Translations under genes and position numbers: made by a program | Notes under the pieces: generated by a model | What the model was told of the DNA's origin: nothing | What the model saw: only the letters and a program-made list of their open reading frames with translations | Databases searched by the model: none | Shown here: positions 17,481-26,214 of the stretch, one piece after another | How the letters are laid out: each line of letters begins with the position of its first letter | Numbering within the stretch: the first letter of the stretch is position 1 | Source: an uncultured Nitrospira sp. | GTDB lineage: Bacteria; Nitrospirota; Nitrospiria; SBBL01; JAADHI01 | Reading direction: 5' to 3' | Assembly (NCBI GenBank): GCA_964451325.1 | Contig: CAYVHO010000008.1 | Coordinates: 5,537-69,536, forward strand | DNA length: 64,000 nt

Positions 17481-18803
17481 ATGAAATTTTTATCTTTCAT
17501 TCTCACATTTTTTTTACTTGTTGTCCCCACACTGCTTCCTGCGGCTGAGGTTCAAAAAATTGTGTTGGAGAACGGCCTCAGCGTGGTGCTTTGGGAAGAG
17601 CCTAAAGCCCCGGTTGTGACCTTTCAAATCTGGTATAAAGTCGGCTCACGAAATGAGGTCAATGGGAAAACCGGGCTTTCTCATGTCACCGAGCACATGA
17701 TGTTTAAAGGCACTCAAAAGTACGGTAAGGGGGAATTTTCACGTATCGTCGCTAAAAATGGCGGAACGGAAAATGCGTTTACCGGCAACGACTACACCGC
17801 CTATTTTGAAAGTTTTTCCGCAGACCGCATTGAGCTTTCGCTCACCCTTGAAGCCGACCGCATGCAGAACCTGATTCTTGATGAAAAAGAATTTCAATTG
17901 GAACGCGCTGTTGTGATGGAGGAACGCCGCTCACGAACGGATGACGACCCTTATGCTTATCTCATCGAAAATCTTTATGCCATTTCCTTTTTAGTTCACC
18001 CCTACCGTAGCCCCATTATTGGTTGGATGAGCGACCTCGAAAGCCTCGTAAACGAGGATGTGCGTCAGCATTATGCGCGCTACTATGTGCCCAATAATGC
18101 GACGATTGTGGTCGTCGGGGATTTTAAAAGCGATGTGCTGTTACAAAAAATTAAAGAGTACTTTGGGCCCATCCCTCGAAGCAGGGATGTCCCACAAGCC
18201 GTTTCACCCGAGCCACCGCAACTGGGCCCACGGCGCAGCATCGTAAAACGCGAAGCCCAGCTCCCTTTTGTTTTTGTCGCCTACCACACCCCCAATTATC
18301 AAAGTCCGGACAGCCATGCCTTAACCCTGCTCGCAAACATTCTCTCCAATGGCAAAAGTGCAAGGCTCTACCGCAGTTTGGTTTATGAACAAGAAGTGGC
18401 TTTGGATTCAGGGGGATATTACAGTGGTCTCACCACCGACCCCGAACTCTTCTATGTCTACGCCACGGCCCAAAAAGGCAAAACGACGGCTGAACTGGAA
18501 AGCGCACTCTCCTCAGAAATTAAACGCATTCAAGACGAAGGCATCACGCTCAGAGAACTTGAAAAAGCCCAGAATCAGATCGAAGCCGAATATTTGATGG
18601 GATTGGATTCCAATTTTTACCGGGCCATGCAATTGGGGAAAGCTGAAACTGTGGGTGCAGGCTATGAATACGTGCTCAACTACACACAGAACATTCGTGC
18701 GGTCCGTTTAGAAGATATTCAGGATGTTGCACGCAAGTATTTAATTGAGGACGGAAAAAGTGTTGGTGTGCTCATTCCCCAAACAAAACTGGACACCAAA
18801 TGA
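17481..18803 (+). CDS. M16 family zinc peptidase (insulinase-like), active-type subunit
   Basis: Signal peptide. Inverted zinc motif HVTEHMMFKGT (HxxEH). 440 aa. Confidence 0.85.
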   Translation: MKFLSFILTFFLLVVPTLLPAAEVQKIVLENGLSVVLWEEPKAPVVTFQIWYKVGSRNEVNGKTGLSHVTEHMMFKGTQKYGKGEFSRIVAKNGGTENAFTGNDYTAYFESFSADRIELSLTLEADRMQNLILDEKEFQLERAVVMEERRSRTDDDPYAYLIENLYAISFLVHPYRSPIIGWMSDLESLVNEDVRQHYARYYVPNNATIVVVGDFKSDVLLQKIKEYFGPIPRSRDVPQAVSPEPPQLGPRRSIVKREAQLPFVFVAYHTPNYQSPDSHALTLLANILSNGKSARLYRSLVYEQEVALDSGGYYSGLTTDPELFYVYATAQKGKTTAELESALSSEIKRIQDEGITLRELEKAQNQIEAEYLMGLDSNFYRAMQLGKAETVGAGYEYVLNYTQNIRAVRLEDIQDVARKYLIEDGKSVGVLIPQTKLDTK

Positions 18804-20179
18804 GGGGCTTCTCCCGCTTGCACAAGGCAATTATGCTGACCGCATTGCTTTCTTTTTTTGTCGTGAACACCCAGAGCCTGTTACAGGCGGCCCCTTTAAC
18901 GCCAAAACGCAGTGTCACAAAAAATGGGATCACCTTGCTTTGGTTGGAACAGGCCTCGCTTCCTGTCATTTCCGTCCAGGTTTTGGTGCGCGCGGGCGCA
19001 ATGCACGACCCAAAAGACAAAGCAGGCCTTGCCAATATGACGGCCAGTCTATTAGAAGAAGGCACTGCATCGCGTAGTGCCACAGAAATTTCGGAGACCG
19101 CGGATTTCATCGGGGCGCGTTTCGGGGCCAGCGCGGGCAAGGATTACACTACCCTGCGACTGCGTGTCTTAAAAAAGGAACTCGCAACGGGCTTTGATCT
19201 GCTCTCGGATGTCCTGATGCATGCGACGTTTGATGAGACGGAAGTCACACGAATTCAAAAACAGGTCTTAGGCGGTATTCGTGCTGAAAAAGATCGTCCC
19301 AGGTCAATTGCAATGCGTGGATTCCAAACCGCAGTTTATGGCACCCACCCCTACCGCCATGCGGTTGTCGGAAATGAAGACAGTGTTCCGACAATCACCT
19401 CATCCGATCTACGGACTTTTTATCAAAACCATTACCGACCCAATAATACAATCATTGCAATTGTGGGCGATATCAAAGAAGACGAAGCCAAAAAATTACT
19501 GGACGATTATTTGGGGAAGTGGCAGCAAAAACGCATCAGCTCTCCCCAATTTGCCCCGCTTCCCGCACGACATACAAAGATTGAACAACACCTCGAAAAA
19601 AATCTAAGTCAGGCAACGGTTATACTCGGGCATCTTGGTATTCGCCGGAGCAGTGCTGATTATTATCCCGTGCTCGTCATGAACTATATTTTGGGTGGTG
19701 GTGGATTTTCCTCCCGTATGATGGCCGATATTCGGGATGATCGTGGATTGGTGTATTCGATTTATTCTCGTTTTTCAACAAATTTGTTTCAGGGTGATTT
19801 CCGTGTTTCCCTACAAACCAAGAGCAGCAGTGTTGGAGAAGCGATCACCGGGGTCTTGCAGGAGATGAAAAAAATCAAACAAACTCCCGTGAGTGCCATC
19901 GAACTGGAAGAGGCAAAATCCTATCTTGCAGGCAGCTTTCCTCTCCGTATTGACAGCAGCAATAAAGTCGCACGCATGCTCATACAGATCGAATTTTATG
20001 GTTTGGGCCTCGATTATTTTGAAAAGCATGTGCAAGCCATTCAAGCCGTGACACAAACCGAGGTGCAAACAGTCGCAAAAAAATATCTCAAACCCGAGCA
20101 CTACGTCCTGATCGTCGTGGGTAAAAAATCTGAGATCGACCTCGACCTCGACAACAAGGGAAACAGTGTCTTACATTAA
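18800..20179 (+). CDS. M16 family peptidase, non-catalytic-type subunit
   Basis: Signal peptide. M16 fold motifs, but HxxEH is replaced (ANMTASLLEEGT). ATGA overlap with the upstream M16 gene. Confidence 0.8.
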   Translation: MRGFSRLHKAIMLTALLSFFVVNTQSLLQAAPLTPKRSVTKNGITLLWLEQASLPVISVQVLVRAGAMHDPKDKAGLANMTASLLEEGTASRSATEISETADFIGARFGASAGKDYTTLRLRVLKKELATGFDLLSDVLMHATFDETEVTRIQKQVLGGIRAEKDRPRSIAMRGFQTAVYGTHPYRHAVVGNEDSVPTITSSDLRTFYQNHYRPNNTIIAIVGDIKEDEAKKLLDDYLGKWQQKRISSPQFAPLPARHTKIEQHLEKNLSQATVILGHLGIRRSSADYYPVLVMNYILGGGGFSSRMMADIRDDRGLVYSIYSRFSTNLFQGDFRVSLQTKSSSVGEAITGVLQEMKKIKQTPVSAIELEEAKSYLAGSFPLRIDSSNKVARMLIQIEFYGLGLDYFEKHVQAIQAVTQTEVQTVAKKYLKPEHYVLIVVGKKSEIDLDLDNKGNSVLH

Positions 20180-20807
20180 AGCAGTGCTGGGTGGGTCGAT
20201 TTTATCGCAGACCTGTCGATACATCACACTGTTTTTCGTCATCTTCCTGCTCCTATTTCCTGTTCAGCTGCATGCACAAAAACCGGTTTGGCAGACGGAT
20301 TTTCGCATTCGGGTTTTTTCTCCCAAGGTCAAAACCATTGTTTACGAGGGAAAGATTTTTCTAAAGGGCTTGAAGGCACGGATTGAAGCGAGGGATGCAA
20401 CAGAAATTAACCTGTATGATTTTGAGGCAAGAACAGAGATTCGGATTTTTCCAGAAGATGGTATTTATTTTAGAAAATCCCTCTCCTTGGCCAAACAAGT
20501 CAAAGCGGCCAAAGAAGGCTGGGGGCCTATGCCTGCAAGTTTTCATGAAAAAAAAATTCTATTACGAAAAGGAACCTTCAAAGGGCAGGCCGCCCGGCTT
20601 TATTTTATAATGATTGAACGACAGGGACAAACAGCGTACATGATGCGCTGGGTCACGGATGATGATATGCTTCTTCCGCTTCGGGCCATCTATTCGGGTT
20701 CGGGCAGAGAAACCATTATTGTCGATTTTGAAGCCAACACGGATGGACCCTTAGGCGACGAGACCTTAAATCCCCCCTCCCATTATTTGAGCCTTAATCC
20801 TTTTTAG
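20166..20807 (+). CDS. Hypothetical secreted protein
   Basis: 213-aa ORF overlapping the M16 stop. Hydrophobic signal-like segment ending VQLHA-QKP. No family recognised and the GTG start is uncertain. Confidence 0.5.
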   Translation: MSYIKAVLGGSILSQTCRYITLFFVIFLLLFPVQLHAQKPVWQTDFRIRVFSPKVKTIVYEGKIFLKGLKARIEARDATEINLYDFEARTEIRIFPEDGIYFRKSLSLAKQVKAAKEGWGPMPASFHEKKILLRKGTFKGQAARLYFIMIERQGQTAYMMRWVTDDDMLLPLRAIYSGSGRETIIVDFEANTDGPLGDETLNPPSHYLSLNPF

Positions 20808-21534
20808 AGATGTTTGTGCCTGTGCTCAGGGGCCGAAGGTTGATAAGGTGAAGCCTTTTTTTGACAAAACGTCTTTGTGTCCGCGCGAACATTTCTGACC
20901 AGGTTTGTCTGACATCTTTGTCAAAGAGCACGTCAACATCGGCCAAAAGCACATGCCAGTCCCCTCGTCTTTGTTCGGCCTCCAGTTGTCCCGGTGACCA
21001 GCCCGCATATCCCGCATAAAGCCGATGCCCTTTTGATTGTGTCTCATCTTGTAGTACCCGTGCAAAAACACGGGCTTTTCGTGTGACATAAACATCTTCA
21101 AAAACGGGCTCCATGTCTTGCGGTGCTTGTTGGGTCCGAAAAAGCAAGGTGAGGGTTTCGTCTCTTAAAACAGGGCCGCCCGCAAAAATCGGCTCAACAG
21201 GGACCGCCCACTCAACAGAGGGCAAAAGGTCGGGTAGGACTTGCTCGGTGGGGTGATTGATGATCAGTCCGCTTGAGCCCCCTGCATCATGATGTAACAT
21301 CAAGATAACCGTTTTGCTAAAATGCGCGTCCATTATTTTGCGGTCGGCAACCAGGAACACCCCGCTCCGAATCTTGACTTTATCGGAAGATTCAGAAAAT
21401 AACCGGGAAACAGTGCTTTTTTTATCCGGCGCGGCTGCATCTGATAAAACGGGGGAAAATAATAAAAAGCCGAAGACAAAACGAGCGCAGAGGGAGAAAA
21501 AAATGGGGAGGCTACTCGTCATCCGGCTTCGCAT
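20794..21534 (-). CDS. YqgE/AlgH family (UPF0301) protein with N-terminal signal-like extension
   Basis: Core motifs SSGLIINHPT and FAGGPV, plus GYAGWSPGQLE. About 40 extra N-terminal residues contain a hydrophobic stretch. Confidence 0.75.
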   Translation of the reverse strand: MRSRMTSSLPIFFSLCARFVFGFLLFSPVLSDAAAPDKKSTVSRLFSESSDKVKIRSGVFLVADRKIMDAHFSKTVILMLHHDAGGSSGLIINHPTEQVLPDLLPSVEWAVPVEPIFAGGPVLRDETLTLLFRTQQAPQDMEPVFEDVYVTRKARVFARVLQDETQSKGHRLYAGYAGWSPGQLEAEQRRGDWHVLLADVDVLFDKDVRQTWSEMFARTQRRFVKKRLHLINLRPLSTGTNISKKD

Positions 21535-21910
21535 TTTCGGAAAGATAGGCGATCATCTTTTCTCGTTCTTCTGCAGTGGGGATAATCCAAGTCCGACCTG
21601 TAAAATCGGCCCGTTTTTTTTCTTCTAAGGCCGTCAGCATCTTTGCAACCACTGCGGGCCATTCCCCCGCAGTGTGTGCTGTAGGTGTCGGCACATCATG
21701 GCATTGTACGCAGACCCTTATAATGAGATGTGTCCGGGTATCGTTGACATCCAAAAACTCGGAACGATAAGACTCGGGTTCAACAAGCTGCTGAGTGAAA
21801 GACAAGTCTTTTTTGCCGACCCCTCGCTCTTCAACCCAAAAATCGATCAGCTGAAAGAGGCCTAAACCGGCAAGCGTAAAACAAATCAAGATAATAATAT
21901 TTTTAAACAT
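21512..21910 (-). CDS. Membrane-anchored monoheme c-type cytochrome-like protein
   Basis: N-terminal TM helix and a single CXXCH (CVQCH). 132 aa. Overlaps the downstream AlgH-like gene by 23 nt. Confidence 0.55.
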   Translation of the reverse strand: MFKNIIILICFTLAGLGLFQLIDFWVEERGVGKKDLSFTQQLVEPESYRSEFLDVNDTRTHLIIRVCVQCHDVPTPTAHTAGEWPAVVAKMLTALEEKKRADFTGRTWIIPTAEEREKMIAYLSENAKPDDE

Positions 21911-21948
21911 TCGATACAGATTTAGCGTTTTTAGGGATAAAAATTGCT

Positions 21949-22413
21949 TTATTTTTTCATATTTTTAAGATCGGCTGTTTTGAGCTTTTCGGCGATCTGA
22001 GCCCCAAGTTCTCGATTCCAGACACGGCCTACGGCCATTGATTCTTGGGTGATTTCAGGCAACTTCTGCAAATATTTTTTGCCCACGGTGGTTTTGTAAA
22101 ACGCAACGATGGTCTTCATTTCTTCTATATTGAAGTGTTTGAGGTAAACCGCAACCATTTTTTTATCTAAGCCATCTGATTTGAGTGTTCCAGCCACATC
22201 CGTCCAAAATTGCTCTGGAATGTCGGGCATATTTTTTCTTTGGTGTTTGATCAGTTGTGCTGTAATTTGTACCCCCATTTTACTCACTCCGGAAACTTCA
22301 AGCAACTCATGGGCTACTTTTTCTGCCTCCGAGGCTTCGACGAGGATTGGGCTACTCCATACTGAGATTATAAAAAATAAAGTAGACACGAGCAACATTG
22401 AAAATTTCTTCAT
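21949..22413 (-). CDS. DUF2059-like secreted protein
   Basis: Signal peptide. FYKTTVGKKYLQKLPEITQESM resembles DUF2059. Family assignment is from memory. Confidence 0.6.
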   Translation of the reverse strand: MKKFSMLLVSTLFFIISVWSSPILVEASEAEKVAHELLEVSGVSKMGVQITAQLIKHQRKNMPDIPEQFWTDVAGTLKSDGLDKKMVAVYLKHFNIEEMKTIVAFYKTTVGKKYLQKLPEITQESMAVGRVWNRELGAQIAEKLKTADLKNMKK

Positions 22414-22535
22414 TTCGTACTCCTATTCATTTTTCAAGACACATTTCCGATGCACATCATACGGAAAAGGCAAAAACAAGGCAAGACAGCCGGCTTCTTT
22501 CAGCATCAAGGGTTTATTTTAATCAATAAAGGGAC

Positions 22536-22570
22536 AAAAAAAGCGGTCTGCTCAAGCAGACCGCTTTTTT
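22536..22570 (-). terminator. Rho-independent (bidirectional-looking) terminator
   Basis: AAAAAAA-GCGGTCTGC-TCAA-GCAGACCGC-TTTTTT, located just downstream of the minus-strand gene ending at 22605. Confidence 0.75.
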
Positions 22571-22604
22571 AAGAAATACGATTCAGTCAGGTCTACAATC
22601 AGTG

Positions 22605-23156
22605 CTAATGACCGTGATCATGATCGTGTCTATGCTTATGCCCGTGATCGTGGTCACTGTGGTCGTGACTGTGATTGTGATCATGTCCTTCGTGAGAGTG
22701 ACCATGAATTTCAGGAATATCGTGAAAGGGATCGTAGGTTGTATCTTTGCCTTTTCCTGCGGTGACTTCGATGCGAATGACAGACTTCACATTTGAACAC
22801 TCGTCATCGCCCTGAGGAATGGCGAGTCGGACCGGGCCTCCTTTTGATTCTGGCAAGGGTTGACCATCACGTTTGTAAATCAGAATGGCCCGATCAAGAA
22901 TCTCTTCAAGTCCGACGCTGGCGGCAAATTTTCCATCCTGGGAATGAAAGGTCACATGATCAGAGTTCGGGTGGGGAATGGCGGCGTTCAGCAGGGCTTT
23001 GACTTGAACCCCCGATCCGGCCATGCCAGCAACATGTCGGCTCACATCTTCAATTTGATATTCAGCCGGAATGCTTGCAAGTGATTCATAGCCCCATTTG
23101 ATCGATTTTTGAACCGCGCCATCGACTTCTAATGTAAAATCTGATTTGCCTGCCAT
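22605..23156 (-). CDS. Small molybdopterin-oxidoreductase-domain (sulfite-oxidase-fold) protein with His-rich C-terminal tail
   Basis: 183 aa. KGGPVRLAIPQG and VKSVIRIEV resemble the Oxidored_molyb fold. The last ~39 aa are HGHSHEGHDHNHSHDHSDHDHGHKHRHDHDHGH. Confidence 0.65.
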   Translation of the reverse strand: MAGKSDFTLEVDGAVQKSIKWGYESLASIPAEYQIEDVSRHVAGMAGSGVQVKALLNAAIPHPNSDHVTFHSQDGKFAASVGLEEILDRAILIYKRDGQPLPESKGGPVRLAIPQGDDECSNVKSVIRIEVTAGKGKDTTYDPFHDIPEIHGHSHEGHDHNHSHDHSDHDHGHKHRHDHDHGH

Positions 23157-23299
23157 GGATTGCCCTCCAATTCATTTTTTTATATAAAAAAGCAAGATTT
23201 AGTCTACCAGAGCCTCTAAAAGAGGTCAAGAAATCGGCCTGCCGCTGATGCGGTGATTTTAAATGGTTTAAGCCATGAGATTTCGGTCTGGGTTTCTGC

Positions 23300-23352
23300 G
23301 CGTTTCAAAGTGATATGTTACAATTTTGGGATGAAATTACGCTTTGAAACGC
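23300..23352. promoter_or_regulatory. 11-bp perfect inverted repeat bracketing a TACAAT -10-like element (candidate operator/promoter of the DsrE-like operon)
   Basis: GCGTTTCAAAG (23300-23310) and CTTTGAAACGC (23342-23352). The spacer contains TGTTACAAT. Confidence 0.35.
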
Positions 23353-23386
23353 TGTATTCAAAAATCGAATGGGACACGCTTCAAAC

Positions 23387-23698
23387 ATGTCAAAAAAGAA
23401 ATTAGGCATACTGCTCTCCACCGCGCCGGAACATCTTAATCTAAGAACCGCACTGGGACTGACTCAGGCGGCCCTAAAACAAGACATCCTGTGTTATCTC
23501 TATCTCGTGGATGAAGGGGTGCAAAATATCAATGAGGCCGAGCTTGAGGCACTGACTCAACAAGGTTTAAAACTCTTTCTCTGTGCTTACGGTGCGCAGC
23601 GGTATCAAATCCCCGTCAGTGACAAGGCGGTCTTTGGTGGATTGGTCGTGCTCTCGGATTTAGTGAAAGGCTGTGACCGTTTTGTCACACTGAATTAA
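23387..23698 (+). CDS. DsrE/TusD-like sulfur-relay family protein
   Basis: About 103 aa. Small alpha/beta protein with the LFLCAYGAQ Cys region. First gene of three contiguous DsrE/F/H-sized genes. Confidence 0.7.
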   Translation: MSKKKLGILLSTAPEHLNLRTALGLTQAALKQDILCYLYLVDEGVQNINEAELEALTQQGLKLFLCAYGAQRYQIPVSDKAVFGGLVVLSDLVKGCDRFVTLN

Positions 23699-24046
23699 AT
23701 GCATAAAAAAATCGTCGTGCTGATTCAAAGTGATCCCCGCACAAGTCATCGCGCCTGTGAAGGCATCCGCATTGCCTTGGGACTGGTCGCAAGTGAACAT
23801 GAAGTCACTGTTTTGCTGACAAAACAGGCCTTACATGTCTTCGCGCCGGATAAAACAGACTTTGTCGATGAAGATCGTCTGGAGCACTTTCTGTTGGCGT
23901 TTGAACATTTTCCCGGCGTGCTTTTTATGGATGTTGCAAGTCGGAAAACATTCGATTTTTCTCTGGAAGACGAAGGTGTGGGTTTATTATCACAGTCTGC
24001 TTCTACGGAGAAAATCTCAGAAGCAGACTGTTTCTTTACTTTTTGA
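23699..24046 (+). CDS. DsrF/TusC-like sulfur-relay family protein
   Basis: 115 aa. Starts immediately after the upstream stop. The IVVLIQSDP...RIALGL pattern fits the DsrE/F superfamily. Confidence 0.65.
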   Translation: MHKKIVVLIQSDPRTSHRACEGIRIALGLVASEHEVTVLLTKQALHVFAPDKTDFVDEDRLEHFLLAFEHFPGVLFMDVASRKTFDFSLEDEGVGLLSQSASTEKISEADCFFTF

Positions 24047-24056
24047 GGAAAAGACG

Positions 24057-24320
24057 GTGAACAAAAAAAAGACCCTCCACATCCTCAAAAACAAAAAGGA
24101 TCCCATGCCACTTGATTACATCAAACAGATTGAAGACGTTCAAGAAACGCGCATCATCCTTATTCAAGATGCCATTGAAATGGATCTCTCTGTTTTAAAA
24201 ACACAACCCTTTGTTTTGGCTGAAGACCTGCGTGTTACCACAAAGACCTCATATCAGAAAATTTGCTACGAAGAGATGTTGGCGATGATTTTTGAATGTG
24301 ACGCCGTGGTGAGCTGGTAG
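24057..24320 (+). CDS. DsrH/TusB-like protein
   Basis: GTG 24057 with a GAGGA RBS. The upstream part of tracked ORF 23835 overlaps the DsrF-like gene in another frame. IILIQDAIE and the C-terminal AVVSW fit DsrH. Confidence 0.55.
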   Translation: MNKKKTLHILKNKKDPMPLDYIKQIEDVQETRIILIQDAIEMDLSVLKTQPFVLAEDLRVTTKTSYQKICYEEMLAMIFECDAVVSW

Positions 24321-24332
24321 AGGTTTTTCAAA

Positions 24333-25283
24333 TCAGGTCTGATTCACAAATAGAATCACACCATAAGAAACATAAATAAGCACGAGCAATGCGCCCTCCC
24401 AGCGCCTGAGCACAAAACCAGACTTCAAAAAGGGAAAGAGCAACAAGGTGAGCAAAATCATAACCGGGAAATCCCGAACAAGCAGTTCTTTTTGAACGAT
24501 AATGGGCTGAGCCGCTGCACTTGCACCCAGCACACCCAGGGTATTAAAAAGATTGCTGCCCAGTACATTTCCAATGGCGATATCGCCATGGTTCCGCATC
24601 ACGGCGATGATGGAAGTCACCATTTCCGGCAGTGAAGTCCCCACCGCCACAACCGTTAAACCGATGACCAACTCGGAAAGCCCCGCCCAACGTGCGATGC
24701 CCACTGCACCGTCCACCAGTAAATGTCCTCCACCTGCGAGGCAGGCCAGACCAAAGACCATTTTGCCCAAATTGCGCGACAGATTGGTATCTCCTCGGAC
24801 TTCTTCAGAAAATTCGGCCTGGACTTCACTTTTTTCCTTGCGAGACCAATAGTAGAGCAGGCCAATATAGACAAAGAGTCCTAGCAGAAAAGTTCCGCCG
24901 AACCAGCGCGGAAGTACACCCGTCAGGGCAATGAGGTAGGTCAAACACGTGATGGCAAAAAGCAGAGGGACTTCAAAGCGTACGAGACGGGCCTGGACCA
25001 CCAAAGGACGCACCATTGCGGCGATCCCCAAAGCCAAGCCGATATTACTCATATTGCTGCCAACAACATTGCCAATGGCAATGTCTGCCTGTCCACCCAG
25101 GCTGGCCGACAGGCTCACCGCCATTTCCGGCGCAGAAGTTCCAAAGGAGACAATGGTCAAACCAATGACTAAAGCGGAAACACCCAAACGGCGCGCAAGT
25201 CGTGAAGCACCCGCCACCATCACATCGGCCCCCCCCGTCAAGAGCAGGAGTCCAATGACCATGTACACAATATCTTTCAGCAC
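24333..25283 (-). CDS. Ca2+/Na+ antiporter (CaCA family, YrbG-like)
   Basis: Two alpha-repeat motifs, GTSAPE and GTSLPE. About 10 TM segments. Confidence 0.85.
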   Translation of the reverse strand: MLKDIVYMVIGLLLLTGGADVMVAGASRLARRLGVSALVIGLTIVSFGTSAPEMAVSLSASLGGQADIAIGNVVGSNMSNIGLALGIAAMVRPLVVQARLVRFEVPLLFAITCLTYLIALTGVLPRWFGGTFLLGLFVYIGLLYYWSRKEKSEVQAEFSEEVRGDTNLSRNLGKMVFGLACLAGGGHLLVDGAVGIARWAGLSELVIGLTVVAVGTSLPEMVTSIIAVMRNHGDIAIGNVLGSNLFNTLGVLGASAAAQPIIVQKELLVRDFPVMILLTLLLFPFLKSGFVLRRWEGALLVLIYVSYGVILFVNQT

Positions 25284-25328
25284 AGATGGATCACGCTCAG
25301 AGGGTGAGACAGGGGGTGGTAAGAGGGC

Positions 25329-25970
25329 CTATTTATGTGCGACAAATGCACCAAACTCTGCGTCAAGTGTCGAGATAATGCCAAAACCATATGCCTCATT
25401 GGGCGGATCTTCCCCATGAAGGCGTCTGTGTTCTTCCAGAATGTTGATGGTTTCAGTCACCCACTTACCTGATTTAGGCTGGCCACTGCGAATCACAATC
25501 GTCGTGGGTCGAAATATACCCCCCGATTCTTCAGAACCCACGGCTTTGTTACTGCTCCAGGCATATTTTGTGAGTTTGGGGATGCCCAAAATATCGGTCC
25601 CCAGTGCGACATAAATGGTTGCGTTGCGTTCTTTGTCTGGATCGTTAGGCACCTTTAACATACGCCATTTCCAGGTCATAAAGGGGTATTCGTAGGGATT
25701 CCACACCATTTTTTTAAAGATCCGATTGGGTTTTCCGTTCGCGTGGAGTAGAAATTCTTCCCCATTTTTTTTAATTTCGTAGGCCTCGGAAGGCGCTGGA
25801 TGTGTATTCTGTGGCTTCCAAACCGGGGGAAGGCCATTGTCTCCTTGTTTGGAAAAATCCTCCAGTACCAGAGAATCGCTTGGGTTTTTTACCTCATCTG
25901 AAAGCACAAATCCGGCTGAAAAAAAGACCAGATAAAATAAAATACTGAGAACAAAAAGAGACCGTTTCAT
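25329..25970 (-). CDS. DUF3047-like secreted protein
   Basis: Signal peptide from MKRSLFVLSILF (GGAGG RBS). The WKWRMLKVP and IYVALG motifs are recalled from DUF3047. Confidence 0.65.
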   Translation of the reverse strand: MKRSLFVLSILFYLVFFSAGFVLSDEVKNPSDSLVLEDFSKQGDNGLPPVWKPQNTHPAPSEAYEIKKNGEEFLLHANGKPNRIFKKMVWNPYEYPFMTWKWRMLKVPNDPDKERNATIYVALGTDILGIPKLTKYAWSSNKAVGSEESGGIFRPTTIVIRSGQPKSGKWVTETINILEEHRRLHGEDPPNEAYGFGIISTLDAEFGAFVAHK

Positions 25971-26214
25971 AAATCTAAAGACCTCCTGCATGGTAATTTT
26001 TCCACGGCAATGCACAAAAACGCACGACTGTGTTCAAAAATCGGTGCCCCATATTAACAGGAATGGGGAGCGCTTGCCAACTGAGAGAGAAAACCCAATC
26101 GTGGCGATAGAAATTGGGCTGAGAGGGTATGTTTTGGCCTGATTGCAGTGGCTCTGCTCGAAAACCTCGGTCGAAAATAATGAACTCGGAGTGACAATCT
26201 TTCTGATTTTGACT

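Noticed and set aside
22602-22796. 64-aa plus-strand ORF with an MIV/VTV-rich sequence
   Set aside because: It is the mirror image of the His/Asp-codon repeats (CAT/GAC) encoding the His-rich tail on the minus strand, so it is a composition artefact.
23835-24056. First 74 codons of tracked ORF 23835-24320
   Set aside because: They overlap the DsrF-like gene in another frame with a Trp/Cys/Leu-rich, nonsense-like sequence. The DsrH-like part begins at GTG 24057, which has a GAGGA RBS.
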